Positions 57,001 to 64,000 of a stretch of DNA of 64,000 nt are shown here, in pieces (positions within the stretch are counted from its first letter, which is position 1; each line of letters opens with the position of its first letter). This DNA comes from an uncultured bacterium. Lineage in GTDB: Bacteria > Fidelibacterota > Marinisomatia > Marinisomatales > UBA1611. The notes beneath the pieces are model-generated. The model had not been told where the DNA came from and ran no database searches. It saw nothing but the letters and a program-made list of their open reading frames with translations. The position numbers and the translations under genes are program-made. The DNA lies in NCBI GenBank assembly GCA_943788175.1, contig CALSPG010000007.1:288001-352000 (forward strand), in the 5' to 3' direction.

Positions 57001-59077
57001 ATGAAAATTATTATGAAAACTATTTCTATGGCATTTCTGTCTTCAATTTCTCTGTTATTAGGGCAGTTAGATCATATTATAATTAGTGAAGTAGTTCTTA
57101 CTCCGTCTGATGGTGAATATGTAGAGATAAATAACCCGACTAGTATAGCAGTTGATCTGTCAAATTATTATTTGACAGATGCGACCGATATATCTTCAAA
57201 TAAATTTTACTACAACCTTCCTAGTGGTGAAAATTTTTGGAGTGAATCTAGTTCAGACTTTGTTTGTAGGTTTCCATCAGGTTACACAATCCAAGCAGGT
57301 TCTTCACTCAAAATATCTCTGAGGAGCAATAACCTTTATCAAAATACGTATGGTGATACTGCTGATCTAGCGCTTGATGACTCAATGCTAAGTGTGCTAG
57401 AAGGAACAAATACAAAGGGTAATGCTGGCCTCCCAAAACTAAGTAATTCTAGTGAACCGCTTATTCTCTTTTACTGGGATGGTTCATCTGAGGTAATTAA
57501 AGATGTTGATTATTTGATGTGGGGAAATAATTCTTTTGCGATAGATAAGTCTGGCGTCAGTGGGTATTTAGCTGATACGCCTGCTCAAAACCATTCATTT
57601 ATGCCTGTACATGCTACAAATGAAAAACTTGCTAGGTTAGATAAAAATAGCGAAGGAGAAGAGTCAGAATCTGGTGGTAATGGAATTACAGGACATGATG
57701 AAACTAGCGAACCCTTAGCTGAAACTTGGATAGTGACTAGTTTGACTTCGTCTAAGCCAGAAATTTCAAACCTTAGCTTATCTCCCTCTAGTCCGTTCAT
57801 CGACGACACGTTGAAGTTTGAAGTAAACGTAACAGATGATGAAGGAATATCATCAGTCATGTTAAGATATGAATTCCAACAACAAGTTAATTCTGTTGCT
57901 ATGTCTGTGAGTGAAAGTTCACCATCTCTTTATTCAGTTAAAATCAATCCATTAGAAGAAGTTGGTTCAATTATTTATTCTGTTATAGCTGAAGATTTTT
58001 CTGGTTTAAAAGATTCTACTAGTAGAAATGCAGTGGCTATAAATGAACCTATTGCGGAGCTAACAATAGCAAGCCTTTTAACGGGTTTTAATGATTATCT
58101 AGGTCAAGCAGTTCAATTTAATGCTGTAGTTACTGTCCCTGCTGGTATACTTCGCACAAACAGAGTTCAAGTTTTTGTACAAGATAAATCTGAGAGAGGG
58201 ATTTTATTAGATGCTCCAACTTCATCAGAGCCTCTGAAAAGAGGAGACTCTATTAGCATAACGGGACCTTTAGGCGCTTATTTAAGTAGCACTGGCGACC
58301 TTCAGCCGCAAATTCAAGATGCTAGTATTAATATTTTATCATCTGGCCTCAGTATTCCTGTTGTCGACTTAGGAGATTTAGGAAGTATTTATAAGTTTAA
58401 TGAAGTCACTCAATTTAATTATCCTGATAATTCTCAGAATATTGATGTCATTAAGTACATGAATTCTTATGTAAAGCTTTCTGGGAAAATAGTATCAAGG
58501 TCAGATGATCTTGGTGGGGGTTCTAATATTGAATTGCAAGATGAAGAAGGCGCTTTTACTACGGTTAGAATATGGAATTCGAGCAATATATTGCTCGACG
58601 AATCAGGAGATATTACAAACACTTTGGTTGATTCCTCTGTTGAGGGTTGGTAGTAGCGTAGAGATAAAAGGTATAGGCGGGCAATACTTAGGTTCAAGTC
58701 AGATTCAACCAGCATATGCCTCTGATATTTCAGAAAAACTAGAGGGTGAGGTTGGTAGTTTTAAGGCAACATTAGATATCCCACCTTATCCATTTGTTCC
58801 TCAGCTTGGTGAGGTAATTAGCTTCAAATATAGTTTTCCATCTGATGCTAGAATTAAACTAAGAGTTTTTGATATTAATGGGCGATTAATTACTACCCTT
58901 TATGATGAATATCGGGGAGTTTCATTTGAAAAAACAGCTAGATGGAATGGGCGAGACAACTTAAATAGGTTGGTCCCAAGTGGTACCTATTTAATTCATT
59001 TAGACATTGTTAATTCTTTAACAGGAAAAAATTATCAGAAAATTGCCCCAGTAGTAATAGCCGCTTATGAGAATTAA
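57001..59077 (+). CDS. Secreted lamin-tail/OB-fold protein with FlgD-Ig-like C-terminal domain (about 691 aa; one +1 indel near 58634)
   Basis: 'IIISEV...EYVEINNPT...VDLSNYYLTD'; 'FVQDKSERG'; ORFs 57001-58653 and 58505-59077 join as '...VDSLLRVGSSVEIKGIGGQY...QIQP' if one base is removed; tail 'RVFDINGR...WNGRD...PSGTY'. Confidence 0.75.
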
Positions 59078-59078
59078 T

Positions 59079-59975
59079 ATGAAACAAAACTTTATAAGTT
59101 TTTATATTTTTATGATTATTGCCTTTGGTAATGTCTTTTCTCAAGTGACTACTGAGCAAATTTATTATGGTGCGAGCTCATTGTCTATGTCGGCAAGTGA
59201 TATAGCCTTGCCTAAAAATTCATGGTCTCTTTTCGTAAATGCGGCTGGTATTGCCAGGCAGAAAGGCCTTTCATTAGTTGCAAGTTCACAATCTCATTTT
59301 AATCAAGACTATTTAAGTCACTCTCTTCTAGGCTTCCAGTTTAAAACTTCAAAATATGGGGCCTATGGAATATCTGTTGAAAATTTTTCAGTTGATTATA
59401 GTGGGAGCAGTTTATCTGCTGAAACTGCCATTGGTTTTCACCAGGGAATAATGTTGCGATCAGACAGAAGCAGCTCTTTTTCGATAGGTTACGGAGTAAA
59501 ATATTACAATATTGACTATGGTACCTCAGCAGGACCTTCTGGAGATGGTTCTGATGGAATAAAACTTGGCTCCTTAAGTACGTTTGGGCTGGACATAAGT
59601 TTTCTTGGGTCTTTAGCTGCTAGAATTAGAGTAGGCGCAAAAGCTTTAAACATTAACAGTCCAACTCTAGGAGACGCAAATAATTCAACAAGACTTCCAC
59701 AAAGATCTCAGATTGGTATCGCCTATTCGCCATATGATTTGGTCTGGACAACAGTTTCTCTTAATAAAAGTGTTGGTCATCCTACTCACTTTAGCAGCGG
59801 GCTTTCTTACGAAATACAAAAAAATATTTTTTTAAAAACTGGAATGCAGACTAGTCCAAATCGTTTCTCTTCGGGTTTTGAAGTTTATTTTAAAAAAATA
59901 AAAATTGATTATGGATTCATCACTCATCCAGTATTACCATTGTCTCATCAAATTTCAATCGAGGTTAATCGTTAA
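59079..59975 (+). CDS. PorV/PorQ-like outer-membrane beta-barrel
   Basis: 'GASSLSMS...NAAGIA', 'ALNINSP', 'IDYGFITHPVLPLSHQISI'; signal peptide VFS|Q; TAATG-coupled to the next gene. Confidence 0.7.
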   Translation: MKQNFISFYIFMIIAFGNVFSQVTTEQIYYGASSLSMSASDIALPKNSWSLFVNAAGIARQKGLSLVASSQSHFNQDYLSHSLLGFQFKTSKYGAYGISVENFSVDYSGSSLSAETAIGFHQGIMLRSDRSSSFSIGYGVKYYNIDYGTSAGPSGDGSDGIKLGSLSTFGLDISFLGSLAARIRVGAKALNINSPTLGDANNSTRLPQRSQIGIAYSPYDLVWTTVSLNKSVGHPTHFSSGLSYEIQKNIFLKTGMQTSPNRFSSGFEVYFKKIKIDYGFITHPVLPLSHQISIEVNR

Positions 59976-62442
59976 TGAGATCACTTTTTTTTTATGTGTT
60001 CTCGATTACTCTTATCATTGGCCAAAAGATTTCGTTAAACTCGGCTTCAATCGAAGATTTGAAGACCCTTCCACTATCTGAAAATCAAGTTGCTGATCTC
60101 TACGATTTTGTATTGTATCAAGGTCCTGTTAATGATGTTTATGATTTAGCCAAAATTTCAAGTTTTGAGCCTGAGAACATTAATGCTCTTAAATCTCTTA
60201 TTAGTATAACAAGTAATGACGATACAAAAAAAAATGTATCCAGAATTAGTGACAGATATAGGAAGGTAGAAAATTGGACTTCTGAAGAAGGTGCTAACGA
60301 AGGTCTTGTAGAGGTATGGCTAGATAGGCTTGCTGAGCCAAAAAATATTAACACTGCAACCTGGAATGACTTAATGGCTTTACAAAATGTTAGTCCCGTT
60401 GATGCTGTTGCGGTCATGAAGAGAATCGAAGAAAGTAAAATAACGTACCCAAAAGCTCTAAGAGGAGCAATTGGTCTTAGCTATTGGGGTTATCGTAATA
60501 TGGTTGACTTCTTTACATATGATGAAGAAGATACTACGGACTCTTTTCATCTTTGGTATAACACTACATACAAAACGCTACCTTCTACGACTTCCTTTGA
60601 TGATGAAGTAGGTTTAGTGATCAACTTAGTGATCACCCTGGAGACTTGCATCATAAAATAGTTGCTACTTTTGGGAAACATTGGAAGTTATCATTAGCAT
60701 CTCACAGGCAATTAGGTGAAAAAGTTTATGATTTCAAGATTGGTGATTTTGAGGTACCTACTGCAAAATATTCTCTTACTTATAGGGATCTCAAGCTAGG
60801 CGGGTTAAAATTTGACAGGGTAATACTAGGAAACTTTTCTGCTACTATTGGTCAGGGTGTAATATTTGAAAATACAGATTTTTTCTCGCCTAGAAGATCT
60901 GGTTATAGTTGGAGCAGAAGAGTGCATGGTGTTTTTCCTGATATATCTAGGACCAGAGAGTATGCTTTAAAAGGACTCGCATTTCAAGCTGGTAATAAGC
61001 TGTTTGATGTTATGGGCTTTTTATCAAAAAATAAAAGAGATGCTATTCTAAACATATCAGACAGTTCTGTTGCCTCTTTAATTACACTATATCCAAGAAC
61101 AAATAATGGTTTTGGTGTAGAGTCTTTATTAATGCCAATGCTTGAGACTTTAGAAGAAGTGACTTATGGTGGTAGCATAAGACTTATTCCACTTTACGGT
61201 ACTTTTATTGGTTTTTCAGCATATGAGAGTTTGTACGATAAGCCTTTAAGGCCTGATATAGCAACAACTGTAATAGCAGATGAAAGTGAAGGGAAATTTT
61301 TAACATCTATTGGGAATACAGCAGATACTGAAATCGCTGCAATGTATTCTAATTATGGTGAATCATCATTATGGGATAAAGCGAGATCTTTCCGGCGAGT
61401 TTTTGGCATGGATTTTTCAACAGTAATTAGAAATATAGCATTTCAAGGTGAATATGGTATATTAGATAAAAATGGTAATATGAGTGTTGAGGTATCAGAC
61501 CCAAAAGCTTTTGTGTTTAGTGGTTATGCACAATTTAATAATTTTAGTATGTTAGTGGTTTATCGCGACTATGACTTAGAGTATGATAATCCGTATCAAC
61601 GATCTTTTGCAAATTACCAGAGATATAAAGGTAGTATTTTCGAAGATACTTTTTATTTAGAAGATCCGATTTATGGATTTTTATACACGGGTCAAGCTCA
61701 GCCACAATCTGAAAAAGGCATATATGTAAATAGTAGATATCAGCCTCATCGCGCATTAGTTTTATCTGGAGACTTTGATACTTGGACTAGAGTTGCAGAT
61801 CAAGCAAAGTACTACAGAACCGTAATGCGTGCTCAGTATAGACCCGTATTTAATTTGCGTTTTAGTATAAGGCACAAATGGCAAAAAAGAGGCTCAATGA
61901 ATATTTTAGATCCGGCTGCTTATTATTCTCAAGAAACGATTATACGTTCGCAACTGAGATTATCTGGCTATGATCAGATCGAGTTGATGTGGGTACGCTC
62001 ATGGGTCGACTTTTCTAACAGAAGGCGCTTAACTCTTGATCTTGCTTCAGGGGGAGAAGAATCATCTATGATTGGTAGTGCGGGTACGGGTAGTGAAGCA
62101 ATTGGGTTTAAAATCACTCATAATTTCAATCAACGGATGAAAGCAATGGGGCAAGTAATGTTCTACAATGGTTTTATTTGGAATTTTGAGGATACAGATT
62201 TTAGAGTTTTTGATAGCAATTCTGATGCAGTTCGGTATTGGATTTCATTATTTTCTCGTTTAAATGATCGTTGGGCAATTAGATTAAAATGGACAGTTGA
62301 TAGTTCTGCGCCAGTAACAAATTATATTTTTGAACCTAGTGATCCAACAGGTCAATATCCTGATCAACGGGTAAGTTGGAAAACTGTTAGTGGAGAAAAT
62401 TTCACAAATGATATTAGATTACAGATAGATTATGCTTTTTAA
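59975..62442 (+). CDS. ComEA-like helix-hairpin-helix domains fused to an outer-membrane beta-barrel (about 822 aa; -1 frame break between 60607 and 60660)
   Basis: 'ISLNSASIEDLKTLP' and 'NINTATWNDLMALQNV' HhH starts; the second frame has 'ILGNF...IGQGV', amphipathic strands and beta-signal 'IRLQIDYAF' but no signal peptide of its own. Confidence 0.75.
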
Positions 62443-63742
62443 ATTAAAAAATAAAATTAAAATCATTGGATTGTTTGCGATGAACCTTGTTTTTAGTCAA
62501 CAATATTTTTCGCCATTAATCCCCTCTAATAACTTTTTATCAAGCGCAAGTATGCTAGCAAAAGGTGGAGAGTTTTCAGGGTTATTTTCTCATTCTGTTT
62601 TTTCAAAGTATGGTGAGGTGTTTAATTTTGAGTTTGATCTTACTAGGAACTCATATGCAGAACGTAGAAGTGTTCCAGTAATAGATATGTTTGATGATGT
62701 TGTAACTCAAAATGTATATGCTCTCAATAGGCCAGCTTTCGCTTCAATTTCATGGTCTTTATCTGGCAGTGTAAATAATTATTTAAAATTACCCGTTTCC
62801 TTGTCGGTATCTGATTCTCCTTACTGGGATTTTAGATATGACTATTCTGAAGAAGTTCGAGCTAGTCTTGGTCCAGGAGTCTATAATCGTGACCCTGTAG
62901 TTGGCTATCATCTGATAAATATAGATGGAGTTATTCGCTCACTTAAAATTGGAATAGCATCAAAAATTAATAGTTGGTTGAAAATGGGAGTTCTTTTAGA
63001 TAATCTTTATGAAGATGAGTTGTTTTATATGAAAGGTGTTAATGTGTTTGAAAAAGATGACGCCTTGGCCAGTGATACAACCCTATTAAAAGATATAAAC
63101 ATGTCTGTTGAAAATGTTAGTCGTTTTACGTTTGGAGCAACAGTTGATTTGAAAAGGAATATATCTATCGCTCTTTCCGTAACCCCTTCAACAGAAATAA
63201 AATTTTTGACAGATGGCTTAATACCTTCTATTGATGAAAAAACTCAACTACCAAGTTTCAATTTTAGTGATACTTCTTCAAATTATAGTATTACTCTTCC
63301 TCAAGAAATTAATCTTGGCTTTTCTATACAGGTAAATAATCCTACTAAAACAAATATTACAGGTGGGTTAATTTTTAAAGATTGGGAAAATCATGACATT
63401 TATAAAGTATATCATTCATCTACAGATACATCAACTCACAATTATCAATCGACAATAGGTTTATCTGTTGGTGTAGAACACCTAATTTTAGGAAAAACAC
63501 CGTTTAGGTTTGGTTTTATTTATAGTGACTCTCCACTTGGAGAGGAGTTTGAGATAACAAAAGTTACTCTTGGAAGTGGTTGGGCATATAATAATATAAG
63601 TTTTGATGTCGTTGCAGTTTTTGGATCAGTTGATTACAGGTATGGAGATTTATTTCCATCTATTGCACAAGAGAATTTATCATTAGATAGGATTGATGAA
63701 AAAAATACAGTGTTAAAGGCTACAATTAATTATTCTTTTTAA
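62432..63742 (+). CDS. Outer-membrane beta-barrel protein (FadL/PorV-like)
   Basis: Signal peptide VFS|Q; 'SASMLAKGG'; 'ITLPQEINLG', 'SVGVEH', 'FRFGF'; terminal 'INYSF'. Confidence 0.65.
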   Translation: MLFKLKNKIKIIGLFAMNLVFSQQYFSPLIPSNNFLSSASMLAKGGEFSGLFSHSVFSKYGEVFNFEFDLTRNSYAERRSVPVIDMFDDVVTQNVYALNRPAFASISWSLSGSVNNYLKLPVSLSVSDSPYWDFRYDYSEEVRASLGPGVYNRDPVVGYHLINIDGVIRSLKIGIASKINSWLKMGVLLDNLYEDELFYMKGVNVFEKDDALASDTTLLKDINMSVENVSRFTFGATVDLKRNISIALSVTPSTEIKFLTDGLIPSIDEKTQLPSFNFSDTSSNYSITLPQEINLGFSIQVNNPTKTNITGGLIFKDWENHDIYKVYHSSTDTSTHNYQSTIGLSVGVEHLILGKTPFRFGFIYSDSPLGEEFEITKVTLGSGWAYNNISFDVVAVFGSVDYRYGDLFPSIAQENLSLDRIDEKNTVLKATINYSF

Positions 63743-63764
63743 TTAATGTTATAATACTAAAAAA

Positions 63765-64000
63765 ATGAAAAGAATACTCCCGTTAATTCTATTTATTATT
63801 TTTGCCAGCTCTATTTATTCTAGGTCTTCCAAATTGCACCTTGTTTTTACAAATAACATCCATGGCGCTATTCATGAGCTTCCAGCGCGATTTATTAATC
63901 CTGAGTTTTCTCCTCTTCTAGCTGGAGGAGCTGGTGCCTATACCTATGTAACTAATCTAAGAAAAGAAGCTAGTGAAGCTGGTGATTTTGTCATTCTTAC
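63765..64000 (+). CDS. Exported 5'-nucleotidase/UshA-type metallophosphoesterase, N-terminal fragment (runs off the window; not in the ORF track)
   Basis: Translates MKRILPLILFIIFASSIYSRSSKLHLVFTNNIHGAIHELPARFINPEFSPLLAGGAGAYTYVTNLRKEASEAGDFVIL; fits 'TNDxHG...GG......V..LR......V.L'. Confidence 0.65.
   Translation, partial: MKRILPLILFIIFASSIYSRSSKLHLVFTNNIHGAIHELPARFINPEFSPLLAGGAGAYTYVTNLRKEASEAGDFVIL

Noticed and set aside
58505-58653. Two separate overlapping genes (550 aa and 190 aa)
   Set aside because: Removing one base near 58634 gives a continuous OB-fold-like segment; the second ORF has no signal peptide or RBS
940-61756. Numerous 60-133 aa ORFs nested in or antisense to long genes
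   Set aside because: They fully overlap well-supported CDSs and show no motifs; typical shadow ORFs
1-64000. CRISPR array, IS element, prophage or defence system
   Set aside because: No regularly spaced nucleotide repeats and no transposase, integrase, phage or cas motifs seen; the repeats present are diverged protein domains

Overview
Gene-dense, AT-rich bacterial chromosome segment. Gene content (SprA-like translocon, PorV/PorQ-like barrels, YPNPF-type C-terminal sorting domains, dimeric GlyRS) points to an FCB-superphylum organism; a marine Marinimicrobia/SAR406-like lineage is my inference, not a result. The middle (10.7-39.9 kb) is housekeeping: argS, rsfS, mnmA, cysteine desulfurase, MoxR/DUF58, rlmN, PNP, ggt, glyQS, topA, hisS, lptD, rdgB, tRNA-Thr(CGT), tRNA-Phe(GAA). 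Both flanks are cell-surface loci. (1) 1.2-10.7 kb: an operon in which a cohesin-like lipoprotein is translationally coupled to a 2140-aa secreted Ig-repeat/LamG protein with a dockerin-like motif. (2) 40-64 kb: a co-oriented T9SS-like cluster (sprA, a glutaminyl-cyclase-like M28 lipoprotein, a PorZ-like propeller, PorV-like barrels) running into a putative extracellular-DNA capture/nucleotide-scavenging module (lamin-tail/OB-fold cargo, a ComEA-HhH domain fused to an outer-membrane barrel, a second barrel, a 5'-nucleotidase). An unannotated structured minus-strand element at about 37.67-37.82 kb has a 13-nt perfect complement of the 16S 3' tail ahead of a 15-codon ORF. Several single-base indels (rdgB, sprA x3, two surface genes) are most likely sequencing errors. 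No CRISPR array, integrase, transposase or rRNA gene was seen. All family calls are by-eye motif recognition, not database searches.
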